From positions 42,262-106,261 of the forward strand of contig JANBVK010000001.1 in the NCBI GenBank assembly GCA_024239035.1: DNA of 64,000 bases, in the 5' to 3' direction. This DNA comes from Patescibacteria group bacterium. GTDB taxonomy: Bacteria; Patescibacteriota; Minisyncoccia; UBA6257; GWB1-50-10. Under the pieces are notes generated by a model. It had not been told where the DNA came from. It did not search any database and was given only the letters and a program-made list of their open reading frames with translations. The position numbers were made by a program, and so were the translations under genes. This document shows positions 12,356 through 21,573 of this stretch, piece after piece (the first letter of the stretch is position 1; each line of letters opens with the position of its first letter).

Positions 12356-13492
12356 ATGTCCATCCCGCATCTTAACCAATCTAATTTAAAAAAATGGCGC
12401 GGTAAAACCTGCATATTGCGCGCTGATTTGGATATTAAATCCGGCGAAGAACATATCACTCTTCGAATCCCTGCCATTCTCCCAACAATACATCTACTCT
12501 TAAAACACGAAATTAAAGTAGTGCTCGTGGGTCATAGGGGGCGTCCTACAACACGTAAGCCGACGTTAAGTCTTAATCCTTTTGCAAAACTCATCGCTAA
12601 AAAACTGAAACAAAAAATAACCTTTATCCCTCATTTTAACTTTTCCCGTATCCAGAAACAAATCCAAAAATCAAAAAACCAAGTGTTCCTACTTGAAAAT
12701 CTACGCTTTCTACCCGCTGAACGAAAAAATAGCACCCGACTAGCCAAAACACTCGCTAGCTTAGGTGATTTTTTCGTAAACGATGCCTTTGCCGTCTCGC
12801 ACCATAAAAACGCCTCCGTCGTCGCAATCGCTAAATTCCTGCCATCTTACGCCGGCCTGCATCTTGAGCTTGAAATGCAACGTCTCACATATGTAATGAA
12901 ACATTTTAAACATCCGCTAACAATTATTTTAGGAGGGGTAAAAGTATTAGGCAAAGTAGGGGTTATCCAATATTTTTGGAAGAAAGCCGACCATTTTTTA
13001 TTAGGGGGTGGACCGGCTAACACTTTCTTTATGGCACAAGGTTTGCCAATAGCTGACTCAATCTCTGAGCCACGCGCAGTGCCACTCATAAAAAAATTCA
13101 TCAGTTCGGATAAAATCAAACTGCCGACTGATCTAAAAATTAAAAATCGTCAAATTTTTGACATCGGCCCGCAAACAGTGAGAGAATATGGCAAGCTTAT
13201 CAAGCGTTCCAAAACAATTGTATGGAGTGGTCCTTTAGGTTTATTCGAAAAGAAAGAATTCAGAGAGGGTACGAGGGGAATTTGGAAGGCAGTTTTATCC
13301 GTCAGCCGACGGAACAAAAAGGCATTGATTGTCGTAGGCGGCGGCGAAACCGCTGCATCATTAAAATTAATCACTAATTACAAATCACTAATTACTAGAA
13401 ACAAAAATATTTTTATCTCCACCGGCGGCGGCGCAATGCTGGCATATCTATCTGGAAAGAAATTGCCAGGAATTGAAGTATTAAAAAAATAA
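12356..13492 (+). CDS. pgk: phosphoglycerate kinase
   Basis: GHRGRP, LLENLRF, FVNDAFAVSH, VGGGET, ISTGGGA...LPGI. Confidence 0.95.
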   Translation: MSIPHLNQSNLKKWRGKTCILRADLDIKSGEEHITLRIPAILPTIHLLLKHEIKVVLVGHRGRPTTRKPTLSLNPFAKLIAKKLKQKITFIPHFNFSRIQKQIQKSKNQVFLLENLRFLPAERKNSTRLAKTLASLGDFFVNDAFAVSHHKNASVVAIAKFLPSYAGLHLELEMQRLTYVMKHFKHPLTIILGGVKVLGKVGVIQYFWKKADHFLLGGGPANTFFMAQGLPIADSISEPRAVPLIKKFISSDKIKLPTDLKIKNRQIFDIGPQTVREYGKLIKRSKTIVWSGPLGLFEKKEFREGTRGIWKAVLSVSRRNKKALIVVGGGETAASLKLITNYKSLITRNKNIFISTGGGAMLAYLSGKKLPGIEVLKK

Positions 13493-13494
13493 AC

Positions 13495-14346
13495 ATGAAA
13501 AAAATAGTCGTTCTATACCACTCTGATTGTCGCGACGGATTCAGCGCCGCATGGGTTGCGTGGAAAAAATTTAAAAACAAAGCCGACTACGTCCCGATTG
13601 AAGCAAGGGTGCTTCCTAAAAAACCGCTGAAAGGAAAAGAGATTTATGTTTTGGATAATAGTTTTCCGGCTTCAACTCTCAAGCGTCTCATAAAAAACAA
13701 CCTGAGTCTTATGGTGATTGACCATCATAAAAGCAGCGAAAAAGACGTCAAAAGCATCCCATCTCACGTATTTGATTTAAATCACTCCGGAGCAGTGCTC
13801 TCTTGGAAATACTTTCATCCCAAGAAACCGGTACCAAAGTTCCTCCGTTACGTGGAGGATGCGGATATTTGGCGTTTCAGAGAACCTTTCACTAAAGAGA
13901 TAAGCACTCGGCTCAATCTGGAAGAATTCACGTTCACGCGGTGGACCCACTTGGCAAATTTACTTGAAACAGCGGCAAAAAGAAAAAAGTACGCCGAGGA
14001 AGGGAAACTACTCCTTCGTTATAAGCACATGCTCATTGACCGACTGGTTGCCAAAGCGAATGACGTTGTTTTTGAGAAAATAAAAACAAAAGCCGTAAAC
14101 TCGCCTTTATTTAGATCAGAAGTCGGTCACATATTAGCAAAAAAACACGGACCCATTGGTATTATCTGGCGTCAAAGTAAGGAAAAAATAAACGTTTCCC
14201 TGCGGTCAAACGGAAAGGTTGATGTTTCAAAGCTCGCGGCAAAATACGGTGGGGGAGGGCATAAGGCGGCAGCTGCATTCACGCTTGGCATAAACAGTAA
14301 ACTCCCTTGGAGATACCTCAAACCCAAAACAAAAAATAGAAAATAG
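13495..14346 (+). CDS. DHH/DHHA1 phosphoesterase (NrnB-like nanoRNase)
   Basis: YHSDCRDG, IDHH, SLRS, GGGGHKAAAAF. Confidence 0.9.
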   Translation: MKKIVVLYHSDCRDGFSAAWVAWKKFKNKADYVPIEARVLPKKPLKGKEIYVLDNSFPASTLKRLIKNNLSLMVIDHHKSSEKDVKSIPSHVFDLNHSGAVLSWKYFHPKKPVPKFLRYVEDADIWRFREPFTKEISTRLNLEEFTFTRWTHLANLLETAAKRKKYAEEGKLLLRYKHMLIDRLVAKANDVVFEKIKTKAVNSPLFRSEVGHILAKKHGPIGIIWRQSKEKINVSLRSNGKVDVSKLAAKYGGGGHKAAAAFTLGINSKLPWRYLKPKTKNRK

Positions 14347-14765
14347 TGGACACTCTTTTTGAAAATAAAAAAATAGTTATCTACACCGATGGCGGCGCCA
14401 GGGGTAACCCAGGCCCCGCCGCAATTGGCGCTGTCGTGGGAAACAAAAGGTATGCCGATACGATAGGGGAGACAACCAACAACGTCGCCGAATACAAAGC
14501 GATAATCTTCGCCCTTAAAAAAGCAAAACATTTAATCGGGAAAGCAAAAAGCAAGGAATCCGAAATAGAAGTGCGCTCAGACAGCGAACTTATAGTGAAG
14601 CAGCTGGAAGGGGAGTACAAAATTAAAGACGAAGAATTAAAACCTCTTTTCGTTGACGTTTGGAATTTAAGGCAAGATTTCAAAAATATTGAATTCACGC
14701 TCATTCCCCGGGAAGAAAACAAAGAAGCTGATAGACTGGTAAACGACGCGCTGGACTTGACTTAA
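14346..14765 (+). CDS. rnhA: ribonuclease HI
   Basis: YTDGGARGNPG, TNNVAEY, SDSEL, NKEADRL. Confidence 0.95.
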   Translation: MDTLFENKKIVIYTDGGARGNPGPAAIGAVVGNKRYADTIGETTNNVAEYKAIIFALKKAKHLIGKAKSKESEIEVRSDSELIVKQLEGEYKIKDEELKPLFVDVWNLRQDFKNIEFTLIPREENKEADRLVNDALDLT

Positions 14766-14832
14766 CATTAGATTTCTGCTATTCTAAAACATTCACTATT
14801 GGAACATTAACAATTAGATATGGAGGTATAGA

Positions 14833-15525
14833 GTGAGTGAACACGCGGATTGTGAGAAGAAGATTCGTGAGTTGGAGAGAAAACTGGACGATGCAAGAAG
14901 AGAAAACAGACAAAAACTGGACGATGCAAAAAGAAAAAACAAACAACTTCAAAAACTCGCCCACCGAGATGAACTCACCAAACTTCTGAACCGTCGCGGA
15001 TTTGGTAACGGTTTCGAAAGATTTTTGGGGGAAGCGTTTGCGTCCGGGCGCAGTTCGGAACGAAGGTCGCACGCCTCAAAAACCGTTGTTAGTTTGGCTA
15101 TTATAGATGTCGATCACTTCAAAAAACTGAACGACGTCTACGGCCACGACGCCGGCGACGAGGCGCTGAAGGTGCTAGCCAAACTTCTCACGAAGTTAGT
15201 GAGGCACATTGACTTCGTCGCCCGGTGGGGCGGAGAAGAATTCGTCGTCGGTTTCGTCGGCGCAAACGAGGAGGACGCAGCACGGATCGTCGAGAAAATC
15301 AGAGCCGCGGTGGAAAAACTTAAAATTTCCTATAAGAGGGAAAAACTGTGTTTTACCATAAGCGCGGGTGTCGCAACCTCTAACCGAGCGCGGAGTTTTG
15401 ACGAGTTGCTCCGAAAAGCCGACCGGGCTCTCTTGAAAGCGAAGGGAGGAGGCAGGAATCGGGTGGTGAGATACAGCCAAGCAGAACAGGTGCCGTCAAT
15501 TCCCAAAACCGCCGTCGCAAAATGA
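14833..15525 (+). CDS. diguanylate cyclase (GGDEF domain) with N-terminal coiled coil
   Basis: DELTKLLNRRG, DVDHFKKLNDVYGHDAGD, RHID I-site, RWGGEEF; GGAGG SD. Confidence 0.93.
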   Translation: MSEHADCEKKIRELERKLDDARRENRQKLDDAKRKNKQLQKLAHRDELTKLLNRRGFGNGFERFLGEAFASGRSSERRSHASKTVVSLAIIDVDHFKKLNDVYGHDAGDEALKVLAKLLTKLVRHIDFVARWGGEEFVVGFVGANEEDAARIVEKIRAAVEKLKISYKREKLCFTISAGVATSNRARSFDELLRKADRALLKAKGGGRNRVVRYSQAEQVPSIPKTAVAK

Positions 15526-15540
15526 TAACTAATTCAAAAA

Positions 15541-15575
15541 CAAGACCCGAGGTCAATGATCTCGGGTCTCTTGTT
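15541..15575 (+). terminator. intrinsic terminator-like hairpin
   Basis: AGACCCGAG...CTCGGGTCT stem after the GGDEF gene. Confidence 0.6.
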
Positions 15576-15621
15576 ATTATGTAATCTTGATTTTAATCAA
15601 GTTTTATGCTAGTATAATTTT

Positions 15622-15961
15622 GGTAAGTCAAGCGATAGCGCTTCGCGCAAGCGGAGTGAGGAAAGTCCGGACACTCCTGTCTGCCGAAAGGTAGGTAGTA
15701 ACAAGGTAGCGGCTAACAGCCGTCGTTCGTAAGAATAGAGGTGCGAGCAGTGACGTCCTAAGGTGAAAGCTAAAGGAAGACCCAATCCCAAGCTTGCTGG
15801 TCTAACTCCGTGATAGGGATAACAAAGCGGAGATGAAACGGCTAAATCCTTACTGAGTGCAAGGTCGTACTGTCAGTTTGACAGAGTGCCGCATTGAGCC
15901 TGAGGGTAACCGATGGCCCAGACGAATTATCGCATAAACAGAATCCGGCTTATGACTTGCC
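15622..15961 (+). ncRNA. rnpB: RNase P RNA
   Basis: GAGGAAAGTCCGG and AACAGAATCCGGCTTA universal motifs; P1 helix GGTAAGTCA/TGACTTGCC; TATAAT at 15613-15618; terminator at 15962-15995. Confidence 0.95.
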
Positions 15962-16035
15962 CCGAGCACTTAAATCTTAGGTGCTCGGTTTTTTTATTTA
16001 CACCTTCTGTTCCTTGTTGTAATATAAAAAGTTCA

Positions 16036-16509
16036 ATGATTATTACCCCACCAGAATTTCTCCACGACCGCAACGCGGCAATTATTTTCCTAGCCGGTCC
16101 GATTAAAGAAACTCCTCTCTGGAGAGAAGAGGCGATACGTATTATCCAAAGCAAAGACAAAACTCTCTGTATTGCATCTCCCCAGAGACCTGGAGAAATA
16201 GAAGAAGAGTTTAGGGGAAAGAAATTCCATGAACAAACCAGGTGGGAATTATTTTATATTAAGCGTGCTCTTGAGAAAGGAGTCATGTTATTCTGGTTTC
16301 CAAAAGAACAGCCGTACATCAGAAACTCAGGCCTTGAATTGGGGATAGCACTCGCCTCAAAAGGAAATATGGTCGTCGGTATAGAGCCAGGGTTCTCTGA
16401 AGTTTATCTTCGTATGACTATTGCTGAAACATGCCCCGACGTTAAAGTATGCAGCACTCTTGAAGAAACGTGCGTCACTGCGGCACAACTATTACAAGCG
16501 GCTCGATAA
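16036..16509 (+). CDS. nucleoside 2-deoxyribosyltransferase-like protein
   Basis: IFLAGPI...WREEAI...SP, QTRWE, FWFP, LELG pattern; start moved to 16036 because the ORF-track start overlaps rnpB. Confidence 0.75.
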   Translation: MIITPPEFLHDRNAAIIFLAGPIKETPLWREEAIRIIQSKDKTLCIASPQRPGEIEEEFRGKKFHEQTRWELFYIKRALEKGVMLFWFPKEQPYIRNSGLELGIALASKGNMVVGIEPGFSEVYLRMTIAETCPDVKVCSTLEETCVTAAQLLQAAR

Positions 16510-16634
16510 TGAGCCGCTTTTTTTTGATCCTTGAGAGGCGTTTCTCTTTTTAAAAGTGATACTTGACGAATAGCATATTATATGCTATTATCTGCTCAGA
16601 TCTTCTATTTAGACTATACACAGAAAGGACAACG

Positions 16635-17186
16635 ATGTATAAGCGATTGGTGGTTGCAATTGTGGTGGCTATCGGGATACTCCCGACAACCACCTTCGCC
16701 CAGTCAGGGAATGTTCGGATATTGCTCCACGGAACGAAGACGATCACTGAGAATGGCTTCTTCGGTTGGAGTGGGTGGGTTGTAGCACCGAATGTCGCGA
16801 ACGTCCCAAGTAAGTGGCTTGTCGTGACCGGTCCGCGGCTTCAGACCGATAAGTGGTGGAGCGAGTTCAATTTCGGCGCTTTCGTCCACGATGGCGAGAC
16901 GACACCCACAATCGACATCCGCACCGACTGGCCGTTTCCTGCGCCCTTCTCGTTCTGGACCAACTTTCAATTGACCGATTTTTCTTCGTTCTACGCCTAC
17001 GGCGAGGTGAACTACACTCTTCCGGGCGGTTTCATCATCGGTATTGAGAGCGAGAACGCTCTACCAGACAAGTCGGTCGGTCCTCATCTGTTGATCCCAT
17101 TCGGCGAAGCAGTGATCCAATTAATTTACCAGTTTCACGAGGGAGAGGATCAGTTGTGGTTCCGATTGACGGTCAACTTCCGTTAA
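16635..17186 (+). CDS. secreted protein with predicted amphipathic beta-strands (beta-barrel-like)
   Basis: Signal peptide ending TFA|Q, alternating aromatic/polar strands, C-terminus LWFRLTVNFR; AAAGGA SD; terminator at about 17203-17237. Confidence 0.7.
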   Translation: MYKRLVVAIVVAIGILPTTTFAQSGNVRILLHGTKTITENGFFGWSGWVVAPNVANVPSKWLVVTGPRLQTDKWWSEFNFGAFVHDGETTPTIDIRTDWPFPAPFSFWTNFQLTDFSSFYAYGEVNYTLPGGFIIGIESENALPDKSVGPHLLIPFGEAVIQLIYQFHEGEDQLWFRLTVNFR

Positions 17187-17275
17187 GAGCGGATAGAGCA
17201 CAAAAGGCGGGTCAGTAACAAACTGCACCCGCCTTTTACATTTCTTCGGTGAACCCCCGCCAACTTTTCTCACGT

Positions 17276-17489
17276 TCTAGAAGGTTTTCTTGCAGTGAGT
17301 ATACGCCGAAGTGTGTAAAAAAATTATCGAGTGAAGCTTCGCCTCTAAGAAAAGTGTCTCGGAGCCCGAGCGGGCATGGTTCGAAGCGTTGCTAAGAGAG
17401 CGAGGGTGAGAGTCAAGCGGGTGAGCGGCTCGCTGGGCCGCGAGACCCCGTCTTTTCGTGAGGCGAAGCTAAGCGAGAGACTTTCTAGA
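17276..17489 (+). repeat. 214-bp long imperfect inverted repeat (MITE-like element or structured ncRNA)
   Basis: TCTAGA at both ends; nested arms AGCTTCGCCTC/GAGGCGAAGCT, GTCTCG/CGAGAC, CCCGAGCGGGC/GCTCGCTGGG. Confidence 0.6.
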
Positions 17490-18246
17490 GATACCCAGCC
17501 TTCTTTAACCAATCCACATTCTCCCACTCCCACAACTTCTTCGCTCCCAAAAACGCTTCAAAATCTTCCTGCCAATAAGGGAATTCTCTAAGCTCAACAT
17601 GCCCCTCAATTTCACCCCACTCATGATTACACTTTCTCATAAAAGAGTTCCCCCAATCAACTTTTATCTTATCCCTGCCGCCTTTACTCCGGAGGACAGC
17701 GCCGCAGTTTAAGCAAGGTCGGCTCTGGTCAATACGCAGAATCCAACGAGTCTCTAATTTCTTAACTTGGTTTTTCATCGCTGCAATATAAGCAGAAGTT
17801 TGAAGATTATAGTCCCTGTAAATTTCTTGAGATGTCTTAATGTCCATAATACCCATTTTCCCGTCAATTAAAGCAACGGCATCAAGCGTCCCGGCATATC
17901 TATGCTCATAATTCACCAATCGCTTCTCAATATAATCATGGTCAACTTGAATGTTTCTCTTGGTCATAAATCTCAAAAAAGCTTTGATAGAGGGCTCAAT
18001 AGAGGAGGGGACTTCCGGTTTCTTTCCGGTCAAAATCTTCTCAATTACCTCATGAACCAAGGTTCCTTCCTTAGCTGAATTATTTTTAACCCTCTCGGCG
18101 GCCGCAAAATTACTCATCCCCGCATAAAAATAATAGAGAGCCGGTTTTGACTTAATATTCACTATCTTCGTCACCCGCGGATACCAAAATCCCTCAATCT
18201 CATATCCGCAAAGCTCTTTAAACTTTTCAACATCTCGGTAATACAT
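17485..18246 (-). CDS. PD-(D/E)XK exonuclease (RecB/Cas4-like family)
   Basis: GTLVHE, YAGTLD, MDIKTS, LQTSAY motifs. Confidence 0.8.
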   Translation of the reverse strand: MYYRDVEKFKELCGYEIEGFWYPRVTKIVNIKSKPALYYFYAGMSNFAAAERVKNNSAKEGTLVHEVIEKILTGKKPEVPSSIEPSIKAFLRFMTKRNIQVDHDYIEKRLVNYEHRYAGTLDAVALIDGKMGIMDIKTSQEIYRDYNLQTSAYIAAMKNQVKKLETRWILRIDQSRPCLNCGAVLRSKGGRDKIKVDWGNSFMRKCNHEWGEIEGHVELREFPYWQEDFEAFLGAKKLWEWENVDWLKKAGYL

Positions 18247-18315
18247 ACAACCTCCATCTTAACAAGCGTTTAACTTTCTAACAAGATTTTTGAAACTTGC
18301 TACTAAAAAATAATA

Positions 18316-18393
18316 CATTGACCGGCGGGGCTTTTTTTTCAAATTTAGAGCGTCTTCACTAGTACCACATATATATGTGGATAAAGTGAAGAT
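18316..18393 (+). repeat. direct repeat copy 1 (terminator half plus palindrome)
   Basis: Near-identical to 19077-19147: CAAATTTAGAGCGTCTTCACT...CCACAT(A)..ATGTGGAT.AAGTGAAGAT. Confidence 0.85.
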
Positions 18394-18488
18394 CAACATA
18401 ACCATTGACAAAAAGTAGATTTTATGCTAGTGTCTTTAGTAGCACATCGCAGAATTCACTCTTGATGCCTAATAGGCGGAGGATACAA

Positions 18489-19022
18489 ATGAGTAGCAAG
18501 ATTACAGTTTGGTCTCTGGCTTGGGTGCTGGTTGCACTCAGCGCCTGCTCGTCGAGCAGTGAGATGGATTCGTTACCACTTCAAGAACAGACGGATTCTC
18601 AGGCCCTGCAATTGCAATGTCCCGAAGGAGTTGCCGCCTGCGAGTTCCCGGTAGTTGTGTCGGACGATTTCTTTTACTCGACTCGCTGGCTCATATTGCC
18701 CGGCGAGGTCGAGGAGGTTGGTCGTCGGCTTGGGTCTTCGCTCGAGTCCATCACCTCGTCGGAAACGGGATGGGTAAAAGAGATCACGTGCCCGCTCATG
18801 TTAACTAGCGAGGGGGCAACAACTCGGTGTTGGGATACTCTGTGTCGCTACGCCATGGGTGACGACACATGTGATGTCGCATCAGTGGCACAGCATCTAG
18901 TGAATGTGGTTGGTGGCTCGAAGCCCGATGAGTTAAGGCTTTTAGGCCTGACGAACCCAATAGAGGGTGGGTACTGGGGCTACGAGCGGGCACTGCTCGT
19001 AGCCTTCTATTACCGCCGCTAA
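18489..19022 (+). CDS. putative Cys-rich lipoprotein ORFan
   Basis: GGAGG SD, lipobox LSA|C, five further Cys; own TTGACA promoter near 18406 and terminator at 19062-19097. Confidence 0.7.
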   Translation: MSSKITVWSLAWVLVALSACSSSSEMDSLPLQEQTDSQALQLQCPEGVAACEFPVVVSDDFFYSTRWLILPGEVEEVGRRLGSSLESITSSETGWVKEITCPLMLTSEGATTRCWDTLCRYAMGDDTCDVASVAQHLVNVVGGSKPDELRLLGLTNPIEGGYWGYERALLVAFYYRR

Positions 19023-19076
19023 CACTCCGCTGGTTTCAATTTATAGTTCGCGAGAACGACAAAGCCCCGCGGTCAT

Positions 19077-19147
19077 CATCGACCAGCGGGGTTTTTTCAA
19101 ATTTAGAGCGTCTTCACTTCATCCACATATGTGGATGAAGTGAAGAT
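19077..19147 (+). repeat. direct repeat copy 2 (contains perfect palindrome TCTTCACTTCATCCACATATGTGGATGAAGTGAAGA)
   Basis: Direct comparison with 18316-18393. Confidence 0.85.
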
Positions 19148-19148
19148 A

Positions 19149-20534
19149 TTATTTTTTAACTAATAAATCAGTATATTCCACAATATCCCCGGCGCCCATC
19201 ATTACAATTACCGAATTTCTGATTTCGAATTTAGGATTTAGGATTTCCGCCCGCAGGCGGGTGGGGGAGGGGAGATAAGAAACATCAAGCTTTCTTTTTT
19301 TAATTTTTTCCGCAAGATCTTTGGAGGTATACCCTTTATGCACTTTGTCGCGGCCGGCGACCTGGTAAATTGGTAATAAAATGAGGTAATCAACTTCTTG
19401 AAAAGCGGTTGTAAATTCCTTAAACAAGTTTTTTAAACGGTGAGCCTGATGTGGTTGAAACACGCAAATAATTTTCTTTTTAGGAAATTTTTCACGGAAA
19501 CCTTGAAGAGAGGCTTTTATCTCGGTCGGGTGATGAGCGTAATCGTCGTAAACAGGAATTTGCGATTTGCGATTTGCTATTTGCAGTTTGCCGCGAAGTT
19601 CCATTCTTCGCCATGCACCGCGATACCCGCCAAGCGCCTGCAAAATTACCCGCTCGCTGATTCCGAGCACCCTTGCTAGAGTATAGGCCGCGAGGGCATT
19701 TGATACGTTGTGCGTACCCGGCACCTTAAGCACTTTCTTAATTTTCTTGGATACATTGGGAGTCAAATAATACCAAACAACCCGAACTTTATGTCTTTTA
19801 CAAATAATCTGAACCCTGCTTTTCAAACTATAAAGATTCTTATTATCTTTGTTTAAAACTAAAACACCACCGGGCCGAATATTTCTGATAAATCTTAGAA
19901 ACGCCTTTTTAACGTTAGAGAAATTTTTATAGTAATCTAAATGTTCGCGGTCAACATTAGTAATAATTGCAAAAGCGGGGGAGTAGTTTAAAAATGATGC
20001 TTTCCACTCATCAGCCTCAATTACCAGATACTCGCTCCGGCCAAACCGAAAGTTTTTTCCGCCCGCCGGCGGACTGAACTGCCGAAGTTTCGTCCCGACA
20101 ATAACTGTTGGATCAAAACCCGCCTTAACTAAAATTAAAGAAAGTAGGGAAGTGGTGGTGCTCTTGCCGTGAGTGCCGGCAACGGCAATGGTTTTATATT
20201 CCTGACTTACGTCGCTCAACGCCTGCGGGTAGGATAAAGTTCTGACTCCTCTCCTCTTAGCTTCCTTAAATTCCGGATTTATTGGGAGAACAGCTTGACT
20301 GTATATAACCAGCGTGGTTTCAGGACTATGCCTGTCCACCACAGGCAGGTTGGCTTTTTTATGGCCTATTTTGACCTTTACACCTTCTTTTTTGAGGTCT
20401 TGAGTGATTACACTCGAACAGAGATCAGACCCCGAAACAGCCCAATTTTGAGCCAAAAACCACCTCGCAAGGGCACTCATCCCTATTCCTCCTATACCTA
20501 TAAAATGAACTTTATTTTGCCGTTTTTTCATCAT
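19149..20534 (-). CDS. murC: UDP-N-acetylmuramate--L-alanine ligase
   Basis: HFIGIGGIGMSALA, VAGTHGKSTTT, EADE, DDYAHHPTE, FQPH, MGAGDI; start moved to the MMKK codons. Confidence 0.97.
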   Translation of the reverse strand: MMKKRQNKVHFIGIGGIGMSALARWFLAQNWAVSGSDLCSSVITQDLKKEGVKVKIGHKKANLPVVDRHSPETTLVIYSQAVLPINPEFKEAKRRGVRTLSYPQALSDVSQEYKTIAVAGTHGKSTTTSLLSLILVKAGFDPTVIVGTKLRQFSPPAGGKNFRFGRSEYLVIEADEWKASFLNYSPAFAIITNVDREHLDYYKNFSNVKKAFLRFIRNIRPGGVLVLNKDNKNLYSLKSRVQIICKRHKVRVVWYYLTPNVSKKIKKVLKVPGTHNVSNALAAYTLARVLGISERVILQALGGYRGAWRRMELRGKLQIANRKSQIPVYDDYAHHPTEIKASLQGFREKFPKKKIICVFQPHQAHRLKNLFKEFTTAFQEVDYLILLPIYQVAGRDKVHKGYTSKDLAEKIKKRKLDVSYLPSPTRLRAEILNPKFEIRNSVIVMMGAGDIVEYTDLLVKK

Positions 20535-20766
20535 TTTAGACACGGGTCTTTTACCCCTAAAAATCACGAGGGGAGTAGTATGATTTAAAAATCCTATCTG
20601 TCGCACAATATACCTTTTGTAACAGATGGGTATCTATTACAAAAGATTGCGGCCATTTTACAACAGTTGATTTAAGAAACTATCGTAAAATGGCCTTTCT
20701 TTATATTATGTCCTATTTATCTTACATAACAAGCATAGAAAAACCCGCCTAAGCTTCTAAGCGGGT

Positions 20767-21090
20767 TTAAACTTTCTCCAATAGATCCTGTAATCCCTTG
20801 AGAAATGTCTCCTCGGGAGCAGAATCACCATCGGATTCCCTAGTCCCAATCACGAACGGGAATTGGCGTTCGAAACGAAATACTTTCTTGTCCTCTCTAG
20901 CTATAGTGATAAATAGAAATCGGCGCCTAAAACGAATAAGCACGTAACGCCACTGGTTACTAGCACCCAAAAACGCGCCGAACCCATGAAGCGGAATGGT
21001 ATAACCACTCCTTAACAGTTCCAGCATCTCCTCTACGACCGCGCGATCAAAGTAATAAGACAGCGGTTTCTGTTCTATATCCTCCTGCAT
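20767..21090 (-). CDS. hypothetical protein
   Basis: 107-aa ORF with G-rich RBS; hairpin overlapping the stop. Confidence 0.55.
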   Translation of the reverse strand: MQEDIEQKPLSYYFDRAVVEEMLELLRSGYTIPLHGFGAFLGASNQWRYVLIRFRRRFLFITIAREDKKVFRFERQFPFVIGTRESDGDSAPEETFLKGLQDLLEKV

Positions 21091-21186
21091 ACTTTACCCC
21101 ACCCCTTCTATTTTAGTAAATTGTCAAAGTTCTCCGCGAGCTATTAGCATAAAAAACCCACTCACAAAAAGCAAGCATATTATAAC

Positions 21187-21573
21187 TCACACAAAAGAAA
21201 TTCCCCATTCAATTAATCTAATAATCAACCTAAGCGACCATACAAAGAAATTAGCCACCACCCGGATAATTTCACGAAAACTCACCCCGATATTATCCTC
21301 AAGCCAGTTGTTTATATTATCCCAAACCCCTTGTACATATGAAAAAAACTCACCGGGTGTAAGAACAATTGTAAAGAAAAAGTCTTTAATGTTCTCTAGC
21401 GTCCTTTTTAAAAAAGATCCGCCGCCAACGTCAATATCAACCCGCACTTTACTGAACGTGTCCACTAATTCGGTTACCGGTTCCGGTATGTCTTCTAATG
21501 AAAATTCCTGAGCCAAGCCCATAAATGGAATGCCAATTGCTATTAAAATTATAATTGCGAAGGTTTTAATCAT
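21187..21573 (-). CDS. hypothetical exported/membrane protein
   Basis: Signal peptide, amphipathic C-terminal helices; ATGA coupling to the upstream gene. Confidence 0.7.
   Translation of the reverse strand: MIKTFAIIILIAIGIPFMGLAQEFSLEDIPEPVTELVDTFSKVRVDIDVGGGSFLKRTLENIKDFFFTIVLTPGEFFSYVQGVWDNINNWLEDNIGVSFREIIRVVANFFVWSLRLIIRLIEWGISFV

Noticed and set aside
15609-16035. ORF 15609-15791 and the 5' extension of ORF 15913-16509
   Set aside because: They overlap RNase P RNA and its terminator.
17345-17591. ORFs 17345-17533 and 17376-17591
   Set aside because: They are translations of the inverted-repeat element and the antisense strand of the nuclease gene.
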